Shown one piece after another: positions 9,118 through 19,059 of a DNA stretch of 38,360 nt. The notes below the pieces were generated by a model. It saw only the letters and a list, made by a program, of their open reading frames with translations. It was not told where the DNA came from and made no database searches. Source of the DNA: a virus (Duplodnaviria; Caudoviricetes); IMG/VR virus record IMGVR_UViG_3300048575_000463, positions 1 to 38,360 of that record; one strand, given 5' to 3'. The number at the start of each line of letters is the position of its first letter. Within the stretch, counting starts at the first letter, position 1. The position numbers and the translations under genes are program-made.

Positions 9118-10338
9118 CTACGGTAGCGTACTCAACTCGTTGACCACCGTCAGCGTGGCATATAGACCCGCTGTCGAGTTGTATGCGCCCAGGAAAGATC
9201 CTTTGACCACATCATTGCCGTCCAGATCGTCCAGGGCATCAAACTTTTCCCATTTCCCGGCCATATCCACCAGCAATGTTTTCTTTGAGTAATTCGTGCC
9301 GGCCGTCGCCAGGCTGCTACCTTCAAATTTCAGACGGATCTTCCGGCTGAGCTTGTTCCGCCAGTTGATCTTTTCAGCCACGGAAGAACCGTCGTGCTCA
9401 AATGTGATGTCCAGCTTGGCAGACGGTTTATCCATTTTGACCTTGGAGAAATAGAGAAACCCGTCGCCGGTGAAATCTGCCTGCCATCCGGTGGTGACCT
9501 TCAAATTCATCTCCAGGAAAGTCAGGCTTTTCTGCGTGCCGCCAAGAGTGCCGCCCACATCATCAATGTAAAGTTTGCCCAACTGGAAGAGGATCTCTTC
9601 CACCGTTGGCAGGGTCGCGATCACGGTAAACGTCTGCTCAAGCGTTACAGAGGCGCCCAGGCTTTCATTGACCATCGTTTCGTTGACCACAATTTCACCG
9701 GCTACCCCGCCGGTGGCCACTGTGTATGTGCCATCATTGCTCGCGGATCCGGTTACCATGATGGCCATGCCGGTGGTAAATCCCGCCAGGCCATTGGCTG
9801 TATCGGTGATCTTTTTGGTGGCGGCCACAAACGCGATCGTGCTTGCTTTGTACTGGTTGATCGATGCCTGCCTCGGGCGCCAGGTATGTTTCATCTTCAT
9901 CACCTCACCCGCTTTGCCGGTCAGCGTGAGTTCTTCCAAAAACGCATATTCTGCGCGTTCCATCTGCTGGTTGTCACCACATTCCAGCGTGCGCGTTTTG
10001 ATCGCTGGCAGCGTTGTGGTGGGCAATGGATAGGCATAGATCTTTCCGCTTCCGGCTCCATCGGCCACGCCGGTTGTCACGTTTTTGATGCCGGCCGCCA
10101 GCGCGTAAGGCAATTGTTCAAACGTCGCTTCACCGGCCAGTTCGATCTGTGCTTCAACCTTTGGGATGAAAGCCCGGTCAACAGGCGAAATGTAACCAAC
10201 ATCTTCATCCGCGTGTTTGACCTGGCGCTGGTCTTCCAGCGTGCCCGTCATGCGCATGATCGCCGTGGCCAATACCGCTGTCCCGGATGTCGCTTCAGGA
10301 CCCATTTGTACTTTCCGTAAAGCCTTTATGCCGCCCAT
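9118..10338 (-). CDS. Major tail tube protein with an inserted beta-rich domain
   Basis: 406 aa; LRKVQMGPEATSGTAV N-terminus, TLTVVNELSTLP C-terminus; position upstream of chaperones and TMP; strong RBS. Confidence 0.75.
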   Translation of the reverse strand: MGGIKALRKVQMGPEATSGTAVLATAIMRMTGTLEDQRQVKHADEDVGYISPVDRAFIPKVEAQIELAGEATFEQLPYALAAGIKNVTTGVADGAGSGKIYAYPLPTTTLPAIKTRTLECGDNQQMERAEYAFLEELTLTGKAGEVMKMKHTWRPRQASINQYKASTIAFVAATKKITDTANGLAGFTTGMAIMVTGSASNDGTYTVATGGVAGEIVVNETMVNESLGASVTLEQTFTVIATLPTVEEILFQLGKLYIDDVGGTLGGTQKSLTFLEMNLKVTTGWQADFTGDGFLYFSKVKMDKPSAKLDITFEHDGSSVAEKINWRNKLSRKIRLKFEGSSLATAGTNYSKKTLLVDMAGKWEKFDALDDLDGNDVVKGSFLGAYNSTAGLYATLTVVNELSTLP

Positions 10339-10381
10339 AATTTCTCCTTTTTTCTGCTGGCTGAGCTTGTCGAAGCCAGGT

Positions 10382-10795
10382 CTAAATCTTCACGCTCGGG
10401 ACCACAATTTCCCACCCGATTGACGTGATCCCATTGACTGTCTCCGTTGTCAGGGTGCATTTGATCGGAAGTTCGTTGCCGCCATATGTCTGGCAGGTCC
10501 CTCCGATGGATGGATCATTCAAAAAAACCTGGCAGATCTGTTCCGGCAGAGGTAAAAGAAATCGCATCGCTTCAGTCAGATCTTTGCGGGAAACTTTGAC
10601 CTCGAGCTGCAGGTCAAAGAAGGTGTTCGTAAAACCGTCGCTTCTTTTCTTGAAAAGGATATTGTTCGGGTAAGCGATGATGGTCTTCTCAAACCGCTGG
10701 TCTGTTGGCAGCTCAGGCGCGTTCAACAATGACGGGCATGCCGCCAGGATCAATGTCTGTGCTTTGCTGATCACTCCCTGGATGGTTTTGGTCAC
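10382..10795 (-). CDS. Tail completion/terminator-like protein
   Basis: 137 aa between the connector and tail tube genes; FLNDPSIGGTC motif. Confidence 0.55.
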   Translation of the reverse strand: MTKTIQGVISKAQTLILAACPSLLNAPELPTDQRFEKTIIAYPNNILFKKRSDGFTNTFFDLQLEVKVSRKDLTEAMRFLLPLPEQICQVFLNDPSIGGTCQTYGGNELPIKCTLTTETVNGITSIGWEIVVPSVKI

Positions 10796-11397
10796 ATCAC
10801 CCTCAGGTAAGGCTCCAACATAAGCTCAACATCCGGATCCAATTTTGTGATCGCCATCACCTGGCCCATCCCCGCCGATCCTGTGACGCCAAACGGCGCG
10901 TCCTTCCGTGACCACACCCGGTGACTCTGGATGTAACAGGCCTCTTTGATGATGTCCGGCACATTTGCCAATAGACAGAATCCGAACTTTCCGGTGATCT
11001 CCACCGAGCCGGATTGCAGTGGGAAGAAATGCTGCCCGTTCGGTTTGGTTTCCAGCCAGGTCGCCGGCGTAATGTTGGCCACGCGGTTCAACGGTTGAAG
11101 GCGGTAATCTGTCAGCGCCCAGGTCGTTTCATAGGTTCCGTCGCCATCCTCATCCGTTTTCAACGTGGTGATGGACTGAATGTCATCCGTGAAACAGGTG
11201 AACCAATCCGTTGGCGAAAAATACCGTGCCTCTTCGATTGCCGAAGCAAAGAAAACCCGGTTGCACAGCGCATCGATCAGCCGGCTAACGCCCTGGATCA
11301 CCGACTCGACCTCTGCATCCCGGTTTGCATCAGTACCGCCGGTTCCAAACCGCGTTTTGAAACTCGCGAGCGAAGCATATCCATTGGTAATTGCCAT
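10792..11397 (-). CDS. Head-tail connector (adaptor) protein
   Basis: YASLASFK, SRLIDALCNRVF, VPDIIKEAC and LDPDVELMLEPY motifs of the gp6/gp15-like family. Confidence 0.8.
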   Translation of the reverse strand: MAITNGYASLASFKTRFGTGGTDANRDAEVESVIQGVSRLIDALCNRVFFASAIEEARYFSPTDWFTCFTDDIQSITTLKTDEDGDGTYETTWALTDYRLQPLNRVANITPATWLETKPNGQHFFPLQSGSVEITGKFGFCLLANVPDIIKEACYIQSHRVWSRKDAPFGVTGSAGMGQVMAITKLDPDVELMLEPYLRVM

Positions 11398-11468
11398 CTT
11401 TCCTCCTGCTATGACCCCTTCCAGAAAATCTGGAAGGGGTCAGGTTGGTTGGTCATTCGGAGGTCAGA

Positions 11469-11882
11469 TTACCTGACGATCACCTTTTGATCGTCCTGGG
11501 TCCGCTTCTGATTACCGGATCCACCATAACCACGGCCGGTGACGGAGTTAGGGAAGGCAGCGGTGCCTACCACGAGGACAATCTTCTGGAATGGTTTTGC
11601 CGGGTTGACTTTGACATCGATGTTTTCGGTCTTGCTGTCGCCGGCGGCCTTGGTCACCTGGGTGAGAGCTGCGCTGGTGATATCTGTGTAAGTCCCGCCG
11701 GATGTCGCGCATTCGGTCACCTTCATGTCAACAGTTCCGCCCGATGTGGCCACGCCGAGGTTGAGCGTATATTGCACAAAATCGAAGCCGGTCCAGTCCA
11801 TGGCGATGGCCGTCATAGTACCGGCGCCTCCCGCGCTTGGGGCGATGGCCGAAAGGGTTTTATCAATATTATGTCGGTTCAT
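11469..11882 (-). CDS. Putative capsid decoration/cement protein
   Basis: 137-aa beta-rich ORF immediately after the major capsid gene (IAMDWTGFD..ECATSGGTYTDI); ATG at 11882. Confidence 0.5.
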   Translation of the reverse strand: MNRHNIDKTLSAIAPSAGGAGTMTAIAMDWTGFDFVQYTLNLGVATSGGTVDMKVTECATSGGTYTDITSAALTQVTKAAGDSKTENIDVKVNPAKPFQKIVLVVGTAAFPNSVTGRGYGGSGNQKRTQDDQKVIVR

Positions 11883-11951
11883 CTTCTTGCCTTTCTCCTC
11901 AAATTCCCTCTCCACAAATCGCGTGGAGAGGGACAGGGGAAATTGAAATTA

Positions 11952-13607
11952 TTACGCGTGCATGGTCAGGTACTGGAAGGCTTCGCTCTGGGCGACGAAA
12001 CCGCCCATGCGGAAGCGGGCCAGCAGGCCGATCAGGCCATTCGCGGCGCGGTAGGTGTAAGGATCCTGGAAGACTGTGAGGCCTTCACGCACGCCGAATT
12101 CGTAGAAATCGGGGTTGCAAACCATGATCGCCTTATTGGTGGCTGTGGCGGCCGGCATCGCGTCGGTGCAGTACACCGGAACGCCCATGATGGTACCGGG
12201 GTTGATCGGGTTCCCCTCTCCCGAGGGCATGGGCGAGAACTGGAAGGGATTGCCAGTTTTGGCGCGCAGGATTCCGAGAGTAGCCCGGCGCATGACCAGC
12301 GCCAGGTTATCGGCATATGCTCCACCGATGGCGTACAGCAACTGGACAAGTTCTGCCGTGGTGATGTCTGTCGCGCTGGCTGTAGTGATTCCCGATGAAG
12401 AGGCGCCATTCAGCATGGCCTGGGGCATGGAGCTGCCGGTTCCACCGGAGACCAGGTAAAAATTCTCCGCCAGTGCCATGGACCGACCCCAGACCTTTTG
12501 GACGTAGTTGTCAAAATCGGGGGAATCTTCCTGCAGTTCTTCCGCGAATTTGATCAGTTTCGTGAGCTTGTACATGATCCCCAGGCCGGAGGTCATGGTA
12601 GGCTCGTTTTCGTCATAGGCGCCATTTTCCGCGGTGACCACGAATTTGGTGGCAGCGGTATCTTCCAGCGGCACCAGCAACTTGTCGCTGGTGCAGGGCA
12701 CGGGCACTACGCCCATTTTGCGGATGATCGAGATCTCGGTGCGTTTCGCGATGATCCCGGGGATGAACTGATCAGGCACCGAATAACCGCCCTGGGCATC
12801 CACCTGGCCGAGCATTACGGCCTTGTATGGCACCCAGTCGCCGGTGACTATACCATGACGGAAGCTCTTCACCTGCTCATTGGAATTGCCGAGAGTGGTT
12901 TTGGTATTGATGTTCGGCACGGCAATCCCGCCGGCGTTATTCGGGCCCAAGTCCTTGGCGACTTTTTCAATGGCCCGTTCAATGGCAGCGTTGACTTTGG
13001 TATCAATCGCTTTGGTGACGGCCGCTTCGATCTTGGCTTCCAGATCAACTTCTGGGGCCTGAGTTGTGCTTACAGGATCCATATTTCCTCCATTGGTTTT
13101 TCCCTGCGGTTCCGCGGGAAGTAATGTTTTGACCGGCGTCACCATGTTGCGGTATTCAGCCGGGGTTGGTGTCAGGCTGGCTTCAGCAATCGGCCAGGTC
13201 TTGATATGCGTGGACTTCCCAACGCTTTCACGGGTCACCAGGTGACCGGCCGCGCCGGAAGATAATCCAAGCTTTCCCTCTTCGGCCAGTTGGGCGATCA
13301 TGTGCTCGTAATCATCCCTTTGCTCGAGCTGCATCTCGAACCACATGCCGGCATCGTCATATTTCACAATGCCGTAACCGATCCGCTTGGCTTTCATCTG
13401 GCCGTCCATTCCGTGCTGGTAATAGACGGGAAGGCTTCCCCCATCTTTCACACCGAGATCGGTTTCCTTGGAGAAAAATTCCCCTTCAAGGTCCGTGTCT
13501 TTCGGTGTTCCATACCGCACGAGATATCCACCATATTTCCCATCACCCAGGCTTTTTAGGCTCCGGTCTCCAGGAAAAGCGAGGACTTCCGTGATTGCTC
13601 CTTCCAT
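11952..13607 (-). CDS. Prohead protease - HK97-fold major capsid fusion protein
   Basis: N-terminal protease motifs DLEGEFF, YYQHG, GLSSGA, EASLTPTPAE; capsid motifs GGYSVP, GTIMGVPVY, ARFRMGG. AGGAGG RBS before ATG 13607; internal RBS/ATG at 13082. Confidence 0.9.
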   Translation of the reverse strand: MEGAITEVLAFPGDRSLKSLGDGKYGGYLVRYGTPKDTDLEGEFFSKETDLGVKDGGSLPVYYQHGMDGQMKAKRIGYGIVKYDDAGMWFEMQLEQRDDYEHMIAQLAEEGKLGLSSGAAGHLVTRESVGKSTHIKTWPIAEASLTPTPAEYRNMVTPVKTLLPAEPQGKTNGGNMDPVSTTQAPEVDLEAKIEAAVTKAIDTKVNAAIERAIEKVAKDLGPNNAGGIAVPNINTKTTLGNSNEQVKSFRHGIVTGDWVPYKAVMLGQVDAQGGYSVPDQFIPGIIAKRTEISIIRKMGVVPVPCTSDKLLVPLEDTAATKFVVTAENGAYDENEPTMTSGLGIMYKLTKLIKFAEELQEDSPDFDNYVQKVWGRSMALAENFYLVSGGTGSSMPQAMLNGASSSGITTASATDITTAELVQLLYAIGGAYADNLALVMRRATLGILRAKTGNPFQFSPMPSGEGNPINPGTIMGVPVYCTDAMPAATATNKAIMVCNPDFYEFGVREGLTVFQDPYTYRAANGLIGLLARFRMGGFVAQSEAFQYLTMHA

Positions 13608-13627
13608 AAGCACCTCCTAAAGCGCTT

Positions 13628-13672
13628 AAACGAAAAGCCGCGGCAACGTGATCACTCACAATTGCCGCGGCT
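13628..13672 (-). terminator. Terminator hairpin in the capsid-gene leader
   Basis: 11-bp stem AGCCGCGGCAA/TTGCCGCGGCT followed on the minus strand by TTTCGTTT. Confidence 0.6.
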
Positions 13673-13783
13673 GATAAGCCGACAATGGCTGAATTACTAT
13701 TTACTTTTTGTCACTCGCCGCGTATCCGCTCCCTGAGATTGTCGAAGGGATGAACCGCAATGGTCTGTGACAGCTACAGAATC

Positions 13784-13812
13784 AATATAACAAAACATTA
13801 ATTCTATGTCAA
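13784..13812 (-). promoter_or_regulatory. Sigma70-type promoter upstream of the capsid gene, with an overlapping LexA-like box
   Basis: TTGACA-17 bp-TATATT; the spacer contains AAAC-ATTA-ATTC (13793-13804, + strand). Confidence 0.65.
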
Positions 13813-14177
13813 GTAACCTTCTCGATCGCATCTTTGACCCGGTCCGTTGCCTTCGGGCCCCATTCCTCGACCGCGTCCTCATCCGTCAACCAGATGCCCT
13901 GATGCACGGCCGCCTGTTTTTCCGCTGACTGGACGAAAGGGCCATAGCTTCGATTGTTCCCTACTTCCGCCCCCATATCTCCAATTGACTTCACACTCCA
14001 GCTATGGAATAACCCCATCGTCCGGCGGTATAAACTTTCAATCCTTGCAGACGGGTAGGGCGAAATCCATCCCTTGATCTCTAGTGCAACGGCTTTGACG
14101 GCCGCCCCGATCGCACCAGGGATCTTCCCGAATTTGGCTTTTATTTCATCAATGCCATCAATCTCAATGAAGGCCAT
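13809..14177 (-). CDS. HK97 gp10-like virion morphogenesis protein
   Basis: IEIDGIDEI N-terminus, YRRTMGLFHSW and EVGNNRSYGPFV motifs. Confidence 0.7.
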   Translation of the reverse strand: MAFIEIDGIDEIKAKFGKIPGAIGAAVKAVALEIKGWISPYPSARIESLYRRTMGLFHSWSVKSIGDMGAEVGNNRSYGPFVQSAEKQAAVHQGIWLTDEDAVEEWGPKATDRVKDAIEKVT

Positions 14178-14228
14178 CAAGCTCCAATCCCTCTCCCCCT
14201 CGGGGAGAGGTTAGGTGAGGGGCAATTG

Positions 14229-14468
14229 TTACGAATAACAATCACCTTTTGATTTATCAAACAATTCATTTAATCTTTGGATGGTTCCTATCTTCTCACC
14301 TGGCTGATGCATTCTGGTTGACTCGCATCCTTCGCAATATAACAAATAACAAAGTTGACCTTTAACCATTCGATAGTGTTTATGGATATGCCCGCACCCC
14401 ATACATATTGCATACCATCGTCGAAAATTCAAAATATTATCTCTCAACCAAAACATCAACTTTCTCAT
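14229..14468 (-). CDS. Small AT-rich zinc-finger-like hypothetical protein (moron-like)
   Basis: 79 aa with CMGC and CEGC; translationally coupled to MuF. Confidence 0.5.
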   Translation of the reverse strand: MRKLMFWLRDNILNFRRWYAICMGCGHIHKHYRMVKGQLCYLLYCEGCESTRMHQPGEKIGTIQRLNELFDKSKGDCYS

Positions 14469-15241
14469 TAATCAGCGACCTCCCAGCTCACCCCACATCG
14501 GCAATTCGTATGCGCCGGCGGGAAATCATCACCTTCGATCTCTTCTCCATCCTTTGATCCACACACCTCGCAGGTAACATCATCATTGGCCGTCCGCCAG
14601 ATGGCCTTCATTTTGATGCCATAACCTTCGATCTGGTCCACAATTCCGCGGTCACCTTCCACCGCGGCCCGTGTCGTTTCAGTGACGGCGATCATTTCCG
14701 CGCGCCGTTCTCCAAACTCAACCTCCAAAGCACGGCCGATATCATCAATTGTCAGGTGACCATCCGCATAATAACGGCGGATCTCTTCACTGACAGCCTG
14801 GCGCTGAGAATCCGTAATATTCCTCACCAGGTCAAAACTATAATGGCGTGCCCAGTCCACCGCTCCCTGGTTGACTTGCATCCAATCCACACCACCGATC
14901 GGGGCGATCTCCAGGTAGCTTTCCGCCCAGTCCAGTGCGATATCCGTCAAAGTATCCTCAAAGATCCGCCGTAATTCCGCGCTGACCGTATCCCAGAAAT
15001 CAACGGGAATATTGTCAGCTGAAGGCGGATCTCCCAGATGTTCGAGGAGACGCCGCAGCTGGTCCGCGAATTGACCCTTCACCTTCCGGGTCAACCGCTT
15101 TTCCCATTCTTCACGGTCCGGGAAATGCCGATCCTTCTTTACCGCTGGTTCACTGCAGAGGTAAGGCACCGCCATCGGTTCATAAAAAGCGGTTACCTTA
15201 CCCAACACAGTGATCAGGTTTTGCCTGGCAATAATGTCCAT
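14468..15241 (-). CDS. MuF-family minor head (head morphogenesis) protein
   Basis: RAEMIAVTETTRA, IWRTANDDVTCEVC and PPAHTNCRC motifs; directly after the portal. Confidence 0.9.
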   Translation of the reverse strand: MDIIARQNLITVLGKVTAFYEPMAVPYLCSEPAVKKDRHFPDREEWEKRLTRKVKGQFADQLRRLLEHLGDPPSADNIPVDFWDTVSAELRRIFEDTLTDIALDWAESYLEIAPIGGVDWMQVNQGAVDWARHYSFDLVRNITDSQRQAVSEEIRRYYADGHLTIDDIGRALEVEFGERRAEMIAVTETTRAAVEGDRGIVDQIEGYGIKMKAIWRTANDDVTCEVCGSKDGEEIEGDDFPPAHTNCRCGVSWEVAD

Positions 15242-16842
15242 CAGAGTGTCATTTCCAATAAATCATTGGCCCGTTTCAACTCGGCCAACATATCTTTTTC
15301 TATCGGAATGTTTTCTTGTACGGAGGCTGAGCTGCCTGCACTGGATGTTTTCTCCAGTGTCGAAGCCCATCCCCGCGCTTTCCCAAAGACCGAATAAACA
15401 TCCTCCGCACTCTTGCATGTCTTCAAAGCCGCGCGGATCTTCTTGGCCGCGTCATCCGGAATAGACGGGTGATCAAAATCCAGATCCTTCAGATCATGCC
15501 CGGTCTTCACCGCCTTCAATGCCGCCTGCTTCCAGTGAAATAGCGCCGAACGAACAGCGGAGCCATTGTTAGCCTCTCCCTCCCGGGGAGAGGTAGGAGT
15601 GGGGTCCGCCCCATCCTGAGAATTCTGGCCTGCAGTTTGTAAAGCCTCTCCCCCCCGGGGAGAGGCTGGTGTGGGGCCACCCTGCCCAGCCTCCGCCGCC
15701 GCGATCCTCTCCTGGACCTGCATGCGGCGTTCCACCTCTTTGATGATCGCCTCACGCTGGTCACTGGTCAGGTCATACCCCAGCACTTCCAATGCCGTCA
15801 ACAGCGGCATCCCGGCTGTAGTCAACTTGACCACGGAATCAGCCCGGTTGGCTTCATCCTCCTGGAATTCATCCAGCTCTTCAAAGGCATATTCCGCGTA
15901 GATCCCAAAGGCTTTTTTCAAAAACTTATTCAGCTTGCTGCAGATCTTTACCCCATGTGGACGCACACAGGTCTTCCAGAATTGTGAATTATGCTCTGAT
16001 GCCGTCGCGTAATTAGCCGCGTCATCCAGCATGGTCACCGGAATGCCAAAGGCATCGGCCACAGCTTTTCTGGCTTTCGCGTCCAGCTGGGGCATCATCA
16101 ATTCCTTGAGCGGGCTTTGCAACGTATACGGTTGTGCCCCATCCTTACCCACCCGCAGCCCCATGATTGACCAGGCACGCCGGATCCCGGTGGAAAGGGA
16201 CTTCCACATTGTCTCAACCCGTTTGACTTCATCATCGCGTGTGTTTGTGGGCAGCGGAATAATCGTTATCGGCATGGCGCCATTCTCAAAATAATAACTG
16301 GCGAACTTGGTCAGGTAATTCTCGAGGTTCGCGTCATTCATGGCCACACTGGCAGCGCTTGGCCCTGGCAATAACGAGTTGCCGAATTTCAATTCACGGA
16401 TGTAGATCATTTCATCCGCTGACCAGGTATCCCGTTGCCCGCCGATGGCGTTCATTTGCCGGAAGACCAATTGCTTCGAATTACCATCAGGTTGGGCGCT
16501 TATGGTTGTCGGGTCCAGCCATTCAAGCCCCAGGACCCGGTTGCCCAGGCCTTTTAGCGTGATGGTATACGATGCACCCAATAAAAGGATGGAGCTGATC
16601 GTATTCCAGGTCCATTCGACTGTATCGATATCGAATGGCCATTCAACTTCTTTTTTTTCCTTACCTTTGCCCTGGTAAACCTTCAATTCAACAGATGACA
16701 GGCTGTCAGCGATCAGACGGGTGCAGCGGTATACCAGTGGGACGCGTTCATAGGCTTTGACTTCGCTGGTCAGTTTCCCGCTCCCGGATCCGAATGCTTC
16801 AATCCATCCTGGGATATTGATTGCTTTCAAATTTTGATTCAT
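15241..16842 (-). CDS. Portal protein (HK97-like)
   Basis: VPLVYRCTRLIADSLS, YFENGAMP and VADAFGIPVTML..ANYATA motifs; GAGGAG RBS before ATG 16842. Confidence 0.9.
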   Translation of the reverse strand: MNQNLKAINIPGWIEAFGSGSGKLTSEVKAYERVPLVYRCTRLIADSLSSVELKVYQGKGKEKKEVEWPFDIDTVEWTWNTISSILLLGASYTITLKGLGNRVLGLEWLDPTTISAQPDGNSKQLVFRQMNAIGGQRDTWSADEMIYIRELKFGNSLLPGPSAASVAMNDANLENYLTKFASYYFENGAMPITIIPLPTNTRDDEVKRVETMWKSLSTGIRRAWSIMGLRVGKDGAQPYTLQSPLKELMMPQLDAKARKAVADAFGIPVTMLDDAANYATASEHNSQFWKTCVRPHGVKICSKLNKFLKKAFGIYAEYAFEELDEFQEDEANRADSVVKLTTAGMPLLTALEVLGYDLTSDQREAIIKEVERRMQVQERIAAAEAGQGGPTPASPRGGEALQTAGQNSQDGADPTPTSPREGEANNGSAVRSALFHWKQAALKAVKTGHDLKDLDFDHPSIPDDAAKKIRAALKTCKSAEDVYSVFGKARGWASTLEKTSSAGSSASVQENIPIEKDMLAELKRANDLLEMTL

Positions 16843-16849
16843 AGTCTCC

Positions 16850-18409
16850 TCACGCCACGAACGCCAGTAACGGGCCGCCATATTCCGCGATCATCTCAAA
16901 CCCGCCGGACGTCGTATCCACCTGGTCATCATGCTGTCCGGTCGGGAACACCAGCATTTCCCGCAGGTAATCCTCGATCCAATCACCATCATCGATCAGA
17001 TAGATCAAACCCTGTGTGCCGCGCGTCCGTACGGGTAATGCTCGGGTGACCTTGTCCTTTTCCGGCTTTACTTCCACAATGCTCACCCGAGCCAGGCGTT
17101 TATCCTTCATAAACTCCTGGAACACCAGGCTCTGAAACCCGGTCGTTTCAATACCCCATATCGTGCCGCGCTCCGCTGGTGAAAGCATCAGGTCCACTAA
17201 CATCGGCAGAAATTCATTTATGTCATGGATCCGCAGCATCCCACGGCAGAACACCCGCCCCTTATCATCATCCATGGCCTCGGCCAGCGACGTATTCCAA
17301 TCCGACCGTTCACTCTGCCCCATCGCCAGGTCAACATATCGCACCCAGCTCAACTTCTTGGGGATGATCGGGTCATCGCCCTTTATCACCTTGAACATCG
17401 ACCGGTCAAAGAACCCGCCCGTGATCGGCCGCGGCATCTGTTGGTACTGGCATCCGAACTCATAATCACCCACGTTGGACCGGGTTTTTTCGAGGGATAT
17501 TTCGTCATATTTTTCTGGCCATAATGCATGGCCAGCCTCGCGCCCCAGTGGATCCTTGTACGGCACGAAAATTCCCGCCCTCAGATTCGCGTGGTATTCG
17601 GCTTCATTTTGTGGAAAGTCTTTTTCTTCGAGGGCCAGCGCCGGCAGATGTAATACTTCGTAGGTATCCGCGATAGGGTCGCTTTCCGACAGCTTAAGCA
17701 GTGTCCCTGCAAGATCTTCCGGGTGCCACCGTGTATGGACGATAACCACAGCTCCGAAGTCTTCCAACCGGGTATAAGCCGTGCTTTGCCACCAGGTGGA
17801 GACCACTTTGCGGCGGCTTTCGCTCTCCGCTTCTTCCCGGTTCTTCAAAGGATCATCGACGATCATCAGATCGGCGCCAAAGCCCACAAGCGCGCCGCCC
17901 ACACCGGCCGAGTCAACCCCGCCCCTGTGCGGTTTTGCCAAATCCCAGTTGTTTTTGCTCCGGCTGTCATCGCTCAGCGCTACCGGTTCCTTCACCGACG
18001 ACATTTCCCCAAATACCGCCCTGAACCGCTTACTGTCCACATAATCACGAATTGACCGGCTGGCACGTTGCGCCAGATCCGCGCCATATGATGTGATGAT
18101 CACCCGCTTGTCCGGGTTGCGCCCCAGGAACCACGCGGGGAATATCTTCGAGACTGTCTCCGTCTTACCTGTGCGCGGCGGCATAGAGATCATCAGCCGC
18201 CCGATGCCCTGCTTCCCTTTGGTGGCCACATACAATTCAACTTGTTCCAGCTTTTGCGCCACCAGCTCAAGGTGTGCCGCCCTCTGGTATCCGTTGGTCG
18301 TGTTTGTGGTGGGCCAAATATATGTGGCAAAGTCCATCAACCGGAGCCGCGCCAGCTTTCGTTCAATAGTATTGAGTGCAGCCTGTTCAGGCCGGATCAT
18401 TTGGTCCAT
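16850..18409 (-). CDS. terL: Terminase large subunit
   Basis: Walker A MPPRTGKT, Walker B LMIVDDP, HTRWHPEDL, nuclease motifs YVDLA and FPTGQHDDQVD. Confidence 0.95.
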   Translation of the reverse strand: MDQMIRPEQAALNTIERKLARLRLMDFATYIWPTTNTTNGYQRAAHLELVAQKLEQVELYVATKGKQGIGRLMISMPPRTGKTETVSKIFPAWFLGRNPDKRVIITSYGADLAQRASRSIRDYVDSKRFRAVFGEMSSVKEPVALSDDSRSKNNWDLAKPHRGGVDSAGVGGALVGFGADLMIVDDPLKNREEAESESRRKVVSTWWQSTAYTRLEDFGAVVIVHTRWHPEDLAGTLLKLSESDPIADTYEVLHLPALALEEKDFPQNEAEYHANLRAGIFVPYKDPLGREAGHALWPEKYDEISLEKTRSNVGDYEFGCQYQQMPRPITGGFFDRSMFKVIKGDDPIIPKKLSWVRYVDLAMGQSERSDWNTSLAEAMDDDKGRVFCRGMLRIHDINEFLPMLVDLMLSPAERGTIWGIETTGFQSLVFQEFMKDKRLARVSIVEVKPEKDKVTRALPVRTRGTQGLIYLIDDGDWIEDYLREMLVFPTGQHDDQVDTTSGGFEMIAEYGGPLLAFVA

Positions 18410-19058
18410 CAGGCGCCTCGGGGTTTATAGATTTCAATCGTTCAATCAATTCTTTGCTCATGGAACGCAATTCTTTCTCGTCCATCTCGTCAATGTTTTC
18501 TGGATTGAATTCCTTGAGTTGTTCGAGCGTCATCCGCGGCGCGTAATCGCCGGTCATTTCAAAGAATAATTTGCGGTCCGGGTTGGATCTGTGGCTTTTT
18601 TGTGCCGCAGAATAGGCAAGCGCTTCAAACGCGTCACGCCGGTGGTCCATCAACGGAGCCGCCTGCATCACCGAAAGCGCCTTATCGATATCCGGATATT
18701 TCCGCCGCCAGTTCCCGATCGCCCGGTCTGAACTAAGCCCTAAAACCTGGGTAGCTAATTCCTCCTGGCGTTTTGGCCAGCGGTTGTTCTTTGGCGAAGC
18801 AGCCCAGGCGATCCAGGCTGCCACCCGCCAGGGGAAAAAGGCGTGAAGCTGGATGTAATCATCAAACCAACTCCGCCCCGTACTTTCATCGTAAACAGTC
18901 TGAGATTTGCAGCTTTCAAACTTCACCCGGGCTGCCTCAGACAATTTCAAAGCCTCATCAGGGGTAATGCGCAGATCGTCATCATCTGCTGCCTCAATAT
19001 TCGTCAGCCCCAATGACAATTGGAGTAATTCATTGTGCGCATTCATCCTGAGTTTCAT
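18387..19058 (-). CDS. Terminase small subunit (putative)
   Basis: HTH-like QEELATQVLGLSSDRAIGNWRRK and DRKLFFEMTGDY; directly upstream of terL; start uncertain. Confidence 0.65.
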   Translation of the reverse strand: MKLRMNAHNELLQLSLGLTNIEAADDDDLRITPDEALKLSEAARVKFESCKSQTVYDESTGRSWFDDYIQLHAFFPWRVAAWIAWAASPKNNRWPKRQEELATQVLGLSSDRAIGNWRRKYPDIDKALSVMQAAPLMDHRRDAFEALAYSAAQKSHRSNPDRKLFFEMTGDYAPRMTLEQLKEFNPENIDEMDEKELRSMSKELIERLKSINPEAPDGPNDPA

Positions 19059-19059
19059 A

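Noticed and set aside
9394-12398. Long plus-strand ORFs (9394-10320, 11445-12398 and similar ones elsewhere)
   Set aside because: Antisense shadows of GC-rich structural genes, with no RBS or recognisable motifs.
14468-15241. MuF polymorphic toxin
   Set aside because: The protein ends a few residues after the CRC motif; there is no C-terminal toxin domain.
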